Source of the DNA: Octopus vulgaris
Lineage: Eukaryota
Reading direction: 5' to 3'
Assembly: GCA_951406725.2 (NCBI GenBank)
Contig: OX597822.1
Span: 26,970,001-27,034,000, forward strand
DNA: 64,000 nucleotides
Part shown: in pieces, positions 40,520 to 53,462 of the stretch
Layout: every line of letters begins with the position of its first letter
Position numbering within the stretch: the first letter of the stretch is position 1
Notes under the pieces: generated by a model
The model's input: the letters and a program-made list of their open reading frames with translations, nothing else
Databases searched by the model: none
Told to the model about the DNA's origin: nothing
Program-made: the position numbers and the translations under genes

Positions 40520-41076
40520 AGAAAAAGGAGAGGAAAAGATGCAGACAGACAGATTTTTACGCTCTGAGTTCAATTCCTGCTATTCATCCTTCCAGGGTTA
40601 ATAAACAATTGTAACAATGAAGCGCTGACGTGCAAAATTCTGTCTCTCAAGCTGTCATGTCTTACATTCTCCACCGACTGAAGTGGATGTCTGTGTCTGA
40701 TCAAGAATATATGAGGCACTTAAAGAAAACTTTAGTGAAAGGTATGATGCCTAATGATACTAAAGCACATATTCAACTATGAGTTATCCCCAGCTTACAC
40801 TGGAACAAGACCCCTCATTTTCAATAAGTATAAGGTAGCGGGGATGGGGTAGGATGGGGAGCGGCTAAGGCCGATTGGATCAACATCCCATATCTGATTG
40901 GAGTGGACGAAAGGCAAAGTCGGTGTAATTTGAAAGTTAGAAAGTATAGGACGTAGCTGAGATTTTGTCCATCTACCGATTGTTTAATTCACCAATCTTG
41001 ATGATAAATTCACACACACACACACTCACACACACACATACACACACACACACACAAGCACACACATACACACACA

Positions 41077-41153
<77 letters not shown>

Positions 41154-41239
41154 GCACACATCTTACAGTATAATTTTCTGCTCCCCGACAACCTGCTATA
41201 CATGTAGGACATCCTTTCTCCTGTTCAGAAACTGCAATC

Positions 41240-41960
41240 CTGGTCTTACTGGTAAAATGAGAAAGCACTCATCTGCTTTATAAAAATTTCAAATTTAATT
41301 TCATCATAGAAACTAACTTTAAAAGAATAAACTTTCTTAACATCATTTTTCTATCTAATTCTTAGTACTATCCTTTTCGTAAGCCTAACGAGACACTAAA
41401 CTGCATACACAGGTAATCAAACCACCTCAGGAACAACTTAAACTCATTAAGAATGTACCCTATAAACTTTCAAAACTCTCTGCTAATGAGCAGATATTCA
41501 AAGACCACTCCTGCTACAATAACAAGCTAACAGGAAAAATATCATGTATATCGAATCAGGCATCGTATAAATGTAACAACGAAAACAAAAATATTTGCTG
41601 GAACAATCCACACAAGATTTTGAGTGACTTACACTCAATGCTAAATTATTCGTTTCAATACTTAATAAACACTTTTCATCCAATCATAGATATAAAATAT
41701 TCATAAGGATACGATAAATATTTCATACTCCACGACTCCAAATCTAAACAAGCTCCTACACTCTTACCAGAAATAAGTACTGAAATTTCACGGAACTGTA
41801 ATTTCATCAATTCTCTTATATACACATTTAACTTGTTTGATCAAAAACCTTGTTTATTCACGTAATATCACAACTCTACTAAACCGTATATCGGTTTTGC
41901 ATTAACTTCATTTAAACTATATACAACCGCCTCATTTTTTTCCTTAGAGCGCATTTCGTA
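41240..41960 (+). pseudogene. Penelope-like element relic (RT thumb, linker and GIY-YIG; Naiad-like)
   Basis: Frameshifted peptides INFLNI, YPFRKPNETLNCIHR*SNH, KHFSSNHRYKIF, ISYSTTPNL, CLIKNLVY and KPYIGFALTSFK. Confidence 0.8.
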
Positions 41961-42049
41961 CCTTATAACTATAAATGTACAATATAGTCTAAACGAATAT
42001 CGTCACTACAACCAAGCCTTGAACAAGGACCAGAAAGCCATTTGGTCTT

Positions 42050-42500
42050 TGTTATCTGTGCACGGAAGATCGTACTTCTTGCAGAGTTCCCAGTACACCT
42101 TAAGAGCGACCATGTCATGTTGACGTCTGCACTCTTTTTGTGCTAACTGTGAGCAGCCACTGATAACGCGTCCTGTTGTTTCAGTCTCCTGCTTAACATT
42201 TTCTGTACAGTGGGGACTCTGCTGTGTGATCCATACAGTACATGAAAGAATCTGTTCTCGAAGCCTGCTCTTGGTTAGCAAAGATCATTTCTTTGGTCTC
42301 TCTCTTCATATACCCATTCCGCAACCATCCCCATGATTTGCGTCCAGCCAGCTTCAGTGATTCTTGTGAAAACACTCCAAACAACAACGTTTCTTTTCCA
42401 TATTGCCATGTTCCCCTCAAGCACTCTTTTCTAAATATCAACCAAAGATTCTGTCTCTGCTATTACCTCCTCATTCAGCGCTGTCTTCAGCACCCACTCG
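42050..42500 (-). pseudogene. R4/Dong-clade non-LTR retrotransposon fragment (pre-RLE zinc-knuckle region)
   Basis: SWGWLRNGYMKRETKEMIFANQEQASRT..RKC..ET...ISGCSQLAQKECRRQHDMVA..VYWELC. Confidence 0.8.
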
Positions 42501-42745
42501 TGACATTATTATTATGAATTATTTTTTTTTTCAGGCGGCGACCAGGTTAGAATTGTTAGCGTGTCGCGCGAAATGCTTAGCAGTATTTCGCCCGTATTCA
42601 AGTTCTGAGTTCAATTTCCGACGAGTTCGACTTGGATTTCTATACTTTCGGGGTCGATAAATTAAGTGCCAATGAAACATTGGGGTCGATGTAATCGACT
42701 AGTCCCCTCCCACCAAATTTCAGGCCTTGAGCCTATAGTAGAAAA

Positions 42746-42780
<35 letters not shown>

Positions 42781-42784
<4 letters not shown>

Positions 42785-43133
42785 TAGTTTTATTTTTTAT
42801 AGCGTGCTTTCACTTCACTACCGAGCGCAGCTCTGTGTGCCTTGGGTATGTGCTGTGATTTGTTGTGATGCTCTGATGGTTATTGTATGGAAAGTGTTCT
42901 GCGTAGGATGTGTGCAGTACCTAGTAGTGCAATTTTCTGTATGTTATATGTGTTTGTAAGTCCTGGTGTTTTTGTTATGTATTTGTCTGAATATTTTTTT
43001 ATCATGCCTAATGTACCTACTATGATAGGAATTGTTTCTGTTTTTAGATTCCACATTCGAGTTACCTCTATTTCCAGGTCTTTGTATTTTGAAAGTTTCT
43101 CTATTTCTTTTAGAGACACGTTGTCATCTGCCG

Positions 43134-43134
<1 letters not shown>
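42781..43134 (-). mobile_element. 5'-truncated R4/Dong element (RLE C-terminus plus 3' UTR) in (AAT)n
   Basis: KEIEKLSKYKDLEIEVTRMW..TIPIIVGTLG..IQKIALLGTAHILRRTL, stop at 42880. (ATT)n on both flanks, consistent with Dong-type TAA-repeat targeting. Confidence 0.9.
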
Positions 43135-43201
<67 letters not shown>

Positions 43202-43697
43202 ATTAAGGCAGCGAGCTGGCAGAATCGTTAGTACGTCGGGCAAAATGCTTAACGGCATTTCGTCGGTGCTTACGTTCTGAGTTCAAATTCTGCTGAGGAC
43301 TAGTCCCCTCCCCCAAAATTTCAGGCCTTGTACCTATTGTAGAAAAGATTATTATCATCATTATCCCCACACCCATTCCTCACATCTCTATACATTTCCC
43401 CCCGTATTATTGTGTTATCCTCATTGTGCTGCATTATCATTAGCACATTAAGTTCATTATGAAAATTATTATTATCCACTTCCCTTCGTAATATTCTTTT
43501 TATCGCCACTTTCGCCTCTGCCAACCATTAAGTAACTAGTTCCGGTAACTCATTAATAGCCCTTCGCCTTTATTGATTTTTTCCCTATAATTTCATTGCT
43601 CCACTTATTTATTCAGCAGTTTTGCTAATTTATTATACCATCAAATCACTAATTCACTAAATTATAAATGACGTACAACCCCTCACACTGTTTACCA

Positions 43698-43744
<47 letters not shown>

Positions 43745-44409
43745 TAATAATAATAATAAAGATCTGCTCTTCTCTGTGTCATTCTGACCTACTGCCAGTG
43801 CTCTGCTCAATGTGAATGTCGACCCTCACTGAATGATGACCTTCAGAACTATACCCCTATACCCTAGCACACTTGACCGTCAGACAAACAAATATTGCCA
43901 CCATTAAATTTATGTTTTAGACTCATAATTTTATTTTTAGGAGTAGTCTATTGATTATTGATTATTTTCTAATTTTCAAATTTTCTCATACTAATTCTGC
44001 ACACTGTTTAATTTCTATGGAATTCCGGTTCAATACCCTCCATTGTTCTCGACCACCATACGCAGGCTGTTGTCATTTGCTCACCCCTTTTCATTTTTCA
44101 CTCTTATCCTCCTTCTAATAATTCTCTACCCTCATCCATTATCACTCCCCTCCCCATGCCACCCATTATCCCCTACCTCTCGTTATATTTGCATAGAATA
44201 TTTATTTACATTTTTTTTCTCTTCAATTCTTAACTTTCGAGTATTGTCATTATTAGATTTCAAATCCAGCTGATATCAACTTTACCTTTCATCCTTTCTG
44301 GGTCGATAAAATAAAGTGGCAAAATCACTAGATCATCGGAAAAGATACCTTGTGGTAATTGCTCCGTTTCTTTACATGCTGAGTTCAAACTCCGCCCAGA
44401 TCAACTTTG

Positions 44410-44812
44410 ATAAGAATTTTTTGCGTAATAAGATAAAAAACCAAGGCTATATAGATATTAGAGCATTTATAGATAGAAGGTCTTACAGCTGTTTCTAGGA
44501 TATTTATTAATAATATCCCTTCATCTGAGAAGGGATATTATTAATATATATTTATATTCAATATATGAAGGGATATTATTAATAAATATCCTAGAAACAG
44601 TTGTAAAGCCTATCTATAAATGCTCTAATATCTATGCAGCCTTGGTTTTTTTTTTATCTTATTACGCAAAAAATTCTTATATACCCACGCTGACATAGAA
44701 CCAACGTTGAACCCTTTATTCGCAATATTACCGAATCTGGAACTTAACTATGGTCTGTCTATAGCACTTATTCAGCATTACCTGACACTGTTGGGTCTCA
44801 ATGACACCATTA

Positions 44813-44820
<8 letters not shown>
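44410..44820. mobile_element. Fold-back hammerhead element (family E), short arms plus a right-hand 3' extension
   Basis: Inverted arms 44410-44680. Extension 44681-44820 matches the reverse complement of 47616-47765. Confidence 0.8.
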
Positions 44821-44845
<25 letters not shown>

Positions 44846-46610
44846 ATGTATGTATGTATGTATGTATGTATGTATGTATGTATGTATGTGTGTGTGTGTC
44901 TGTGTGTGTGTGTATGTGTATAAGTATGTATGTTTGCATGTATGCACACAAAGCGAAAAGAGAGAGGAATATACGCACAGAGATTACATATATATATAGA
45001 GAGTGATATACATATATATATAGAGAGAGAACGGGAGGAAGGTAATAGACAGATAGACAGACAGTCATTTTCCTCGTCCAACTTATCAATTTGTTTTTCT
45101 TGTTTATCTAAGAATTGCGTGAAAGAGAAACCAAACTAAAATTCCTATAGATTTTTCTGCTGTCATTTCAAGATTTTCCTGTGTCTCTAGTTTCTATCGT
45201 AATCAATTTATTTACCAGAATTCTTATGTTTTCTTTATATTTTTATATTATTTTTGCACAGGTTATTGCATTTTACATTTTTATGCATTGTCTTCTATTG
45301 TCATATACACATAGCGATGCTTCCTACGTGGCATTTAAATCACACGTATGTTATTGATATTATATCAAAACTTGAAGGAGGTAGGATATCAGAACCGGTG
45401 AAGCGGCAGATTGAATGGTTTACGATATCTCTTCCGAATCATTACCTTCTAAGTTCAAATCCTGCCGCAGGCAGCTTTGCCTTTCATCCATTCGGAATTG
45501 ATAAAATAAAATACGGTCAAGTGGTGGAGACACTGGTATCGTCTAATCCATTCACAAAATTAGCCGGCCATATGGTTCAATCAGAAACCATTATATCAAA
45601 ACTAGAAGGCGGTGGATTATCAGAACAGCAAAGAGGCGAACTGAAAGCTTTGCGGTTTATATTTATACTTTGGTTTTCTGGAGTTAAATCTCTCCGAGTT
45701 CAACTATCCCTTTCATCTGTCTGAAGTCGGTAAAAATAAAGTATCAGTCAAAAACTAGGGTCGATGACATTGCTTAACTATCGCCCTCAAATAGCTCTGA
45801 TGCTTAACCGCATCCTCTGTCACCTCTGATCAAACAGACCTATGATCAAAACTAGTCCAACCACAACGAACCCCTCTTTTGTTAACACACAATATGCCTA
45901 AGAGTATATTAACCAATGTGTCCTTAATTTTTCAATGACAATTAGAGTGTAACTTGACAGGTGTTTAGCTGCTATTTCTAACCGACCCAATGACTACATT
46001 GAGGTTCTCCGCATGGACTCGCGCTGACAGTAATAATGTAGCAACATAGATAGAATGGGTTTTGAGTTTTAGTGTGTCGAGTAGTGACTCTCAGAGGAAG
46101 GAATGGCAAAATCGTCACCGGCTGGATTCGAACCCCAAATATGTAATTAAATACAATAAGCCATTTTGTCTACCTCTCAACCAATTCTGATAATCCACCA
46201 CCCGCTAGTCTTCATATAATATCAATAGTATACATGTGTTTTAAATGCCATGCAGGAGGTATTGTTCAGTATATATGACAACTGAAGACAATACATAAAA
46301 GAAAACGTAATAATCAGTGCGAAAATAACAAAAAAAGAAAGAAAAAACTAAAGAAAATAATTCAGAGAGAAACTAGAGACACAGAAGAATCTTGAAATGA
46401 CAGCAGAAAAAAATCTATAAGAATTCTGGTTTGGATTGAGTTTCACTCGATTGTTAGAAAAATCCTGGGAGATAAATTGTTAAGTAAAGCGTGAGATCTG
46501 TCTGTCTGCATATTTTTCCTCTCCTTTTTCTTTGTGTGTGTGTGTGTGTGTGTGTGCATGTATGTATGTGTGTGTGTGTGTATATGTACATGCACACGCA
46601 CACTCACATT

Positions 46611-46646
<36 letters not shown>

Positions 46647-47615
46647 CAAACGTACATCTATCGTGGAGCCACGACAAGGCCCTTTCAGAGTTAAGTTGTG
46701 GAGAGTTGGGGCCAATCAGAAGCATGTATCACTAACCTCAGGTATCAAGTTTAAACGGAAAGTTGATAAGACTCTTAAGTCAAAAGCAGTTATGGGGGAC
46801 CCGATTTCAATTTTACATCAAACCTCAGACTAAATGATTTAAGTGGATCTGAGCTTTGCAGTTTATATTTATATTTTTGTTTTCTGGAGTTAAATCTCTC
46901 CGAGTCCAACTATCCCTTTCATCTGTCTGAGGTCAGTAAAAATCACCCTCAAATTTCAGACGTTGCTCCAGTCAGAGGCTCGTGGCACTCCGTCGGTTAC
47001 GACGACGAGGGTTCCAGTTGATCTGATCAACGGAACAGCCTGCTCGTGAAATTAACGTGCAAGTGCCTGAGCACTCCACAGACACGTGTACACTTAACTC
47101 ATCTTCCCGGAAAAGATGGCAGTATCATCGCTCAGCTAGACTAGGCAACAAGATCGGTGCGCTATTTCTTGCGGCAGGTCAGTTTGGAACCCAAGTAACA
47201 GAAGAAAAACCTCTTGGGGGAGGCAGCTATACTTGCTGAGGCCAGCTCATGACTATGGTAGTTGATAAGGGACTTTAGATACTATCTTTCTGCAAATGAG
47301 CTAGTTCAGTCTTCGCTGCTCTGCTCAGACTAAGTATAGTAGCGGCTAAAGGGCGAAACACTCGTGATTGCAGGATATCTGCTGATGATATAAAAAAAAG
47401 GTTTCCATCTATGGAATTCCTTCGTCACCATCAAGACAAAGAGCTTGCGACATTTTAAAATATTTCCTGCACTTTTAGCTACAAGTAAAGCATCTACGAC
47501 GCTTTGTCGCAGAGATGGCGCACGTTCACTGTAGAAAGTTCATAGAAGGCTTATATTATGATTTGACGTACATGCTAGATATACGTTCAATATTATATAT
47601 ATATATATATATATA

Positions 47616-48180
47616 GGTTATGAGAGGTAATGGTGCCAGTGAGACCCAAAGGTGTCAGGTAATGCTGAATAAGTGCTATGAATAGACCATAGATGAATTC
47701 CAGGTTCGGTGATTATGCGAATAAGGGGTTCAACGTAGGTCATATATCAGCGTGTGTATATAAAAAAAATTACGTAATGAGATGGAAATAACCAAGGCTG
47801 TGTAGATTTTAGAACATTTATAGATAGAAGGTCCTACAGCTGTTTCTAGGATATTTATTATATCTCTTCATCGGAGACGGTTTGAGAAGATGGTTAAGCA
47901 ATATTTAATTTCAGATAAGATACGAAGTATAGGGTAAGGTGGAGGAATGAAAATAGATGTGAGATATGCATATCCCTGCATATCTCACATCTATTTTCAT
48001 TCCTCTACTTTACTCTCTATTTCGTATCTTATCTAAATTAACTATTGCTTAACCATCTTCTCACACCGTCTCCGATGAAGAGATATAATAAATATCCTAG
48101 AAACAGCTGTAGGACATACTATTTATAAATGTTCTAAAATCTACACAGCCTTGGTTTTTTTACCTTATTACGGAAAAAAT
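47616..48180. mobile_element. Fold-back hammerhead element (family E), ~200-bp arms plus a left-hand 3' extension
   Basis: Centre ~47970-47977. Hammerheads at 47831-47878 (-) and 48068-48115 (+). Embedded in (TA)n. Confidence 0.85.
48068..48115 (+). ncRNA. Minimal type-I hammerhead motif with palindromic stem III
   Basis: GTCT-CCGATGA-AGAGATAT aataa ATATCCTA-GAAA-CAGCTG-TA-GGAC, with a GUA cleavage triplet. Confidence 0.75.
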
Positions 48181-48184
48181 GCCG

Positions 48185-48221
<37 letters not shown>

Positions 48222-48247
48222 AAAGAATAAAACAAAGATATGTATAT

Positions 48248-48660
48248 AGGCACAAGCATGACTGTGTGGTAAGAAGCTTGCTTCCCAACTACATGGTACC
48301 GGGTTCAGTCCCATTGCATGGCACCATGAGCAAACGTCTTCTCCTGTAACCTCGGACCGACTAAAGCCTTGTGAGTGTATGTGGAAGAGGGAAAGAAGTT
48401 CGACGTATAAATATATATACATACACATACATGTGTGTGTGTGTGTGTTTGTAACTGTGTTCGTCTTCCACCACCGCATGATAACCGTTGTTGGTGTGTT
48501 TAGGTCTCCGTAGCTTAGCTGTTCGGTAAATAAGACTAACAGAAGTACCAGGTTTCATTAAACGGTACTGGGAAGGATTGCTTCGAATAAAAGTTCTTCC
48601 AGGCGGTGCCCCAGCATGGCCGCAGTCTAATGACTGAAATGAGTAAAAAAGTTAAAAGGA
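48248..48660 (+). mobile_element. CORE-type tRNA SINE, degenerate full length
   Basis: Head, internal microsatellite and ccagcatggccgcagtctaatgactgaaa tail. Confidence 0.8.
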
Positions 48661-48704
48661 ATATAAAATATTGCTATAAACGCAGGCTCACTTCTGTATA
48701 TCTG

Positions 48705-48809
<105 letters not shown>

Positions 48810-48920
48810 ATGTTCTGTCTGTCTGTCTGTTCTGTCTGCCATCTGTCTGTCTATAAACAACATTATTTGTACGTGTGTACATATGTGTCTTTATATAAAT
48901 GTATATGTATGCACGTGTGA

Positions 48921-48964
<44 letters not shown>

Positions 48965-49435
48965 GTATGCGCGTGAATGTATGTATGCGTGCGTGCGTGT
49001 GTGGTGTATAGGATGTTGCCACTGAATGCACAAGATCTGGTTTTATACATAAATCATTATTAATCCTCAAAGAACTATGTAGTATTACCAGTCATAACAA
49101 AACGACATCCAGCTTATAGATATTTTCTGCATCAAATAATACTTGCGGTTGTCTCAGGACAACAAGACAAAAAACAACAACGAAATAAACAAAAAAGGAT
49201 AAAAACCCCTGCAACCTCCCTTATAGCTTTATATCATAACTCTCATATATTTACTATATACTATTTATTCAGAAACAATCACAGAGGAAATATACGCATG
49301 TCGGGTAATATGTCTGATATTATATACATGCACTAGAGTGTTATCCGTCATGTGACTTTGAAAGTATAATTTTGTCACTACAGATAATATCAAGAAATAT
49401 AGCGTACATACAAACAATTACGCAGACATACACAC

Positions 49436-49585
49436 ATGTGGCTGTGTGGTAAGAAGCTTGCTTCCTAACCACATGGTTACGGGTTCAGTCCTACTGCGTT
49501 GCACCTTGGGCAAGTATCTTCTACTATAACCTCGGGCCGACCAAAGCCTTGTGAGTGGATTTGGTAGACAGAAACCGAAAGAAGC

Positions 49586-49633
<48 letters not shown>

Positions 49634-49647
49634 GTGTGTGTGTGTAT

Positions 49648-49696
<49 letters not shown>

Positions 49697-50112
49697 GTAT
49701 ATGTCACCATGATAGATCGGTAGCCACTACACACATTTTTTGTCTCCTTGTTTCTTTCTGTGTTCCTTTCTGTGGAAGAGCGTAGGCTCGAAACGTGAAG
49801 ACTTTTCAATTCCCGAGCGTTATACTAATATATCTGTTTGTTGTCTACACCACCTCTCTTCTGAATTCTCCCTATATAAATATATATATATTTTTTTTTT
49901 GTGTGCCTTTGTTTGTCCTCCGCCACCATCGCTTGACAACCGATGCTGGTGTGTTTATGTCCCCGTATATAAGTGGTTCGGCAAAAGAGACCGATAGAAT
50001 AAGTACTAGGCTTACAAAGAATAAGTTCTGGGGTCGATTTCTTCGACTAAAAGTCTTTAATGCAGTGCTCCAGCATGGCTACAGTCAAATGACCGAAACA
50101 TAAACGAATAAA
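49436..50112 (+). mobile_element. CORE-type SINE whose internal (TA)n contains a hammerhead-bearing insert (~49700-49875)
   Basis: SINE 5' half 49436-49590 and 3' half 49900-50112. Insert motif CTTT-CTGTGGA-A-GAGC GTAG GCTC-GAAA-CG at 49766-49800. Confidence 0.75.
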
Positions 50113-50744
50113 TGAATACACATACATTTGCACAAACATATTTAGTCATAGATCAAATGGCCAGATACGTTCCCTCGTTTGCTAAGTATAGGTTCTCCCA
50201 TGTTACTAATTACTATAGTCTATATAATAAAATAACGAATCGAGACAACTATTATAAATAAATCGTAAAAAAGGCTTCCCCGATTGATTGGTGCAAATCA
50301 CTCACAAATCTACGCCAGCCTCCTACCACCACCACCACCACCACCACCAACTCTAAAGACGTGATATCTCCTACCTATGTCCTTCTCTCATGGGACTACA
50401 ATGGTTTCCTACGCCTCAGAAGAAGCTGGTTTTGAATCACTTTCACTCGCTTCTCCTCTTATTTCCTATGTTAATTTCACCTCAACCGACCATTACGCCT
50501 TGTCCTTCGTTTTCCGAGTACCGAGCCTTTAAAACTCTTTCATCTTTTTCCTGCGGTCATGGACACACAATTGTTTAAGCGGAATGTTGATGACATCAAT
50601 CTCGATAGGCTTGCAAAAAAAAAGCCAAAAAAAAAAAAAAATAGAAAAGACTTTTGATTTCTCTGCACAGAGAGAACAGCTGTAATCTTCGAAATCAATT
50701 CCATTGTAGTGTCAACTTTTTTCGTATTTAAGAAACCATATTAA

Positions 50745-51034
50745 CTCTTTTGACACGAAACCATCTGAGACCGCCCTTGGTTTTATGACAAAAAAACCCT
50801 CTATTCTAAAGTAATCTAAATTGAAACCACACGTCAAAATTTTGTGTTAAATTTTGCTCCAAATATCAGCTTAATAATATCAAAATTATTTTTCTAAATT
50901 TCATTAAAAACATATTTTTACAGGAAGAAAAGATAAAAAAAGACATTTAAAGTATAAAAAAATCAAATTACCGAGGAAAAGAAAACCCATAATTACTTTA
51001 ACAAGTAAAGGAAGAAAAAGGGGAAAAAAGAGGG
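50745..51034. mobile_element. Possible piggyBac-type MITE
   Basis: TTAA-CTCTTTT...AAAAGAGGG-TTAA. Confidence 0.35.
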
Positions 51035-51434
51035 TTAAATTAAGCAGCAGAAGGTGGGGGTGAAGAGTAATAGGTTGTGCACTCCAGAACAAATGGCGTG
51101 TTTAGCCGCCCCTCACGGACATAATTCCAAAGGTATTGCCGCAGAGAATGGCCAGTGGCATTCGCCGCAGCAGCCACCCCCACAGCGCGGGGCTAATTTT
51201 CCCTCATTATTTTCCACATTATTGAAACAAAAGCAGTGTATTTCAATGGAATTATGGAAACAAAAGTAAATCTCGTTTCATACAGCGACCCACCACAAAA
51301 TATTGCCATATAATTGTTGATTTGGTAGTCTGAATACGTACGTGCTCTGACGGCTTGTGCTACCAGGGTAGATGATTGGGGTAGGTGATTGGCTCCGTTG
51401 GTTACAGTACTGTGGCAATGTTGCCGATGCTGTT

Positions 51435-51807
51435 TGTTTGTTTGTTGAGCGAAGCGGTCTTCGTCCGTAGTGGGAGAAGTCCGAAACGTGGTCCTTTGCT
51501 ATTCGTAAGACCCGCAGAAGAGAAAGCAGGTCAAACCCCGACACCGAGAGCATCGATGGAGGGATGAATGCGCATCCAGGCTCAGCGGTTGCGTAGGAAG
51601 TCGGGGACAAGAAACAGGAAGAAAGAGTGAGAGAAAGTTGGAGCGAAAGAGTACAAAAGGGGTCGCCACCACCACCCCTGCCGGAGCTTCGTAGAGCTTT
51701 AGGTGTTTTCGTTCAATAAACACACACAACGCCCGGTCTGGGAAACGAAACCGCGATCCTCTGACCGCAAGTCCGCTGCCCTAACCATTGGGCCATTGCG
51801 CCTCCAC
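51435..51807 (-). mobile_element. Full-length tRNA SINE (third family) with (AAAC)n tail
   Basis: 14-bp TSD ttgccgatgctgtt at 51421-51434 and 51808-51821. Confidence 0.9.
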
Positions 51808-52684
51808 TTGCCGATGCTGTTGTTTAGCGTTATGTCCCTGCTAACATGATTCGTTGAACATATTTATGATGAGAGATGTTCCAATTGTGATCTCCTCCTC
51901 CCACCTACCCCTGCATTATCCCATAGGTAACTGCTGTTAATGTTCTCGTTGTTGTTAATCTCTGATTAAGTGAATTTAAGACCAAAGGCATCCAAAATAT
52001 GATTATCTAGTTTTATATTCAAAGATATCAAGAACATTATCCTATGTATTCCCCCACTTAACTTGATAGTATTGTAAAGTTTGAGGTAAATTTAGCTGTT
52101 ATTTCTAGCCTCTGGTCATACCACGCAAAGTCTGTTTGGTAACAAATCTAAAAATTTCCGTTTTGATATCTTATTCCATTTCAAGGCGGTGATCTGGCAG
52201 AATCATTAGAAGGCCGGGCAAAATACTTAGCAGTTGTTCGTCCGTCTTTTCGTTCTGAGTTTAAATTACGTCGCAGTCAATTTTGCTTTTCATCCTTTCG
52301 CGGTCGATAAAATAAGTACCGGTTGATCACTGGGGTCGATGTAATCGACTTACTCCCACCCCCGAAATTGCTGGCCTTGTACCAAAATTTGAAAGCGATA
52401 TCTAATTCCATTTCGAACTGTTTGAAATATGTTCGGAAAAAAAATCAGTAATAACCCTCCCTGAAAACTGTTTTTACTAAACCTGATAAATTTCCATTTG
52501 ATAGAAAGTCAGTGTTGAAAGGACACAACGAAATATAACACAGTTTGTTACGTTACTCTGCCAACTATCCCACCCAACAACTCTTTACATTTACTAGTAG
52601 TAACACTTTTGGAAAGCAGTCGATCCGGAGTTAGTAAAATAAAAGTATCAGCGAAGTAACTGGAGTCGATGTAATTGTCTATAT

Positions 52685-52997
52685 CAGGGGTCGGCGAAAA
52701 GGGATAAAAATGAAATTCTTGTGGGTAATGAGGACTCACTAGGCATAAGTGAAATTATATAAAAAAGACGTGTTCCTTGTTACGACAGAAAATTTTCTTC
52801 AGGCAACACTGCATCTGTATAAAGTAATGGACGTGTAAATAGATTCATATAAATAGATTCAATAAAATAGATTCAAGAAACCTTTTGGAATAATAAACAA
52901 AAAATCTATGATTTTCTTCCTTTAAAATCAAGGGGATAACCTCGGGGTAAATAAATATATTTTGGAGTAACTAGTTAAAAAAGTTCCCCGACCCCTG
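52685..52997. mobile_element. hAT MITE
   Basis: TIRs CAGGGGTCGGCGAA / TTCCCCGACCCCTG. 8-bp TSD GTCTATAT/GTTTATAT. Confidence 0.8.
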
Positions 52998-53176
52998 GTT
53001 TATATAAAAGCAGCAAGCCGGCAGAAGCGTTATCACGCCGGAAAACAATGCTTAGCAGTACTTCTTTTATTATCACGTTCTGTGTTGAAATGCTGCTGAG
53101 GGCGACTTTGCTTTCCATTCTTACAGGGTCGATAAAATAAGTATCACTCAATTACTAGCAGTTTATGTAATTGACC

Positions 53177-53462
53177 ATCGATGGAAGAATGTAACACGGA
53201 TGTTGCGAGTGAATGTAACCTCATGAATGCGACGCAGGACGTATCTCAGGTAACAGTGGCGAGGCGGGGCTCGTGGGGTCCGAATTGAACCCGCCTTCCC
53301 ACTGCATCCGTAATGTCTTCCGGTCTGTCCTATCATTCGATTTATTTATATTTTTGTGAATTTTTAATGTCATCTTTATGTCATATCTATCCGTCCATCT
53401 GACCCCAATGAGATTGTATTGTCCCTTATCTATGTTGTCCCCTTGTGGGAAATAAAAAATCA
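53177..53462 (+). mobile_element. 5'-truncated Tx1/L1-like LINE 3' end inserted in a Meta-like SINE
   Basis: 17-bp TSD agtttatgtaat(t/c)gacc at 53160-53176 and 53463-53479. ORF end RWKNVTRMLRVNVTS*. Tail ccccttgtgggaaataaaaaat. Confidence 0.65.

Noticed and set aside
47220-47305. Possible HDV-like ribozyme remnant (ccagctca...gcaaa-tgagctag)
   Set aside because: P2-like pairing is visible, but P3/L3/P1.1 cannot be formed with the correct lengths.
53190-53270. TG..CA plus TGGCGAGGC as an LTR/PBS
   Set aside because: Better explained as part of the TSD-flanked LINE 3' fragment.
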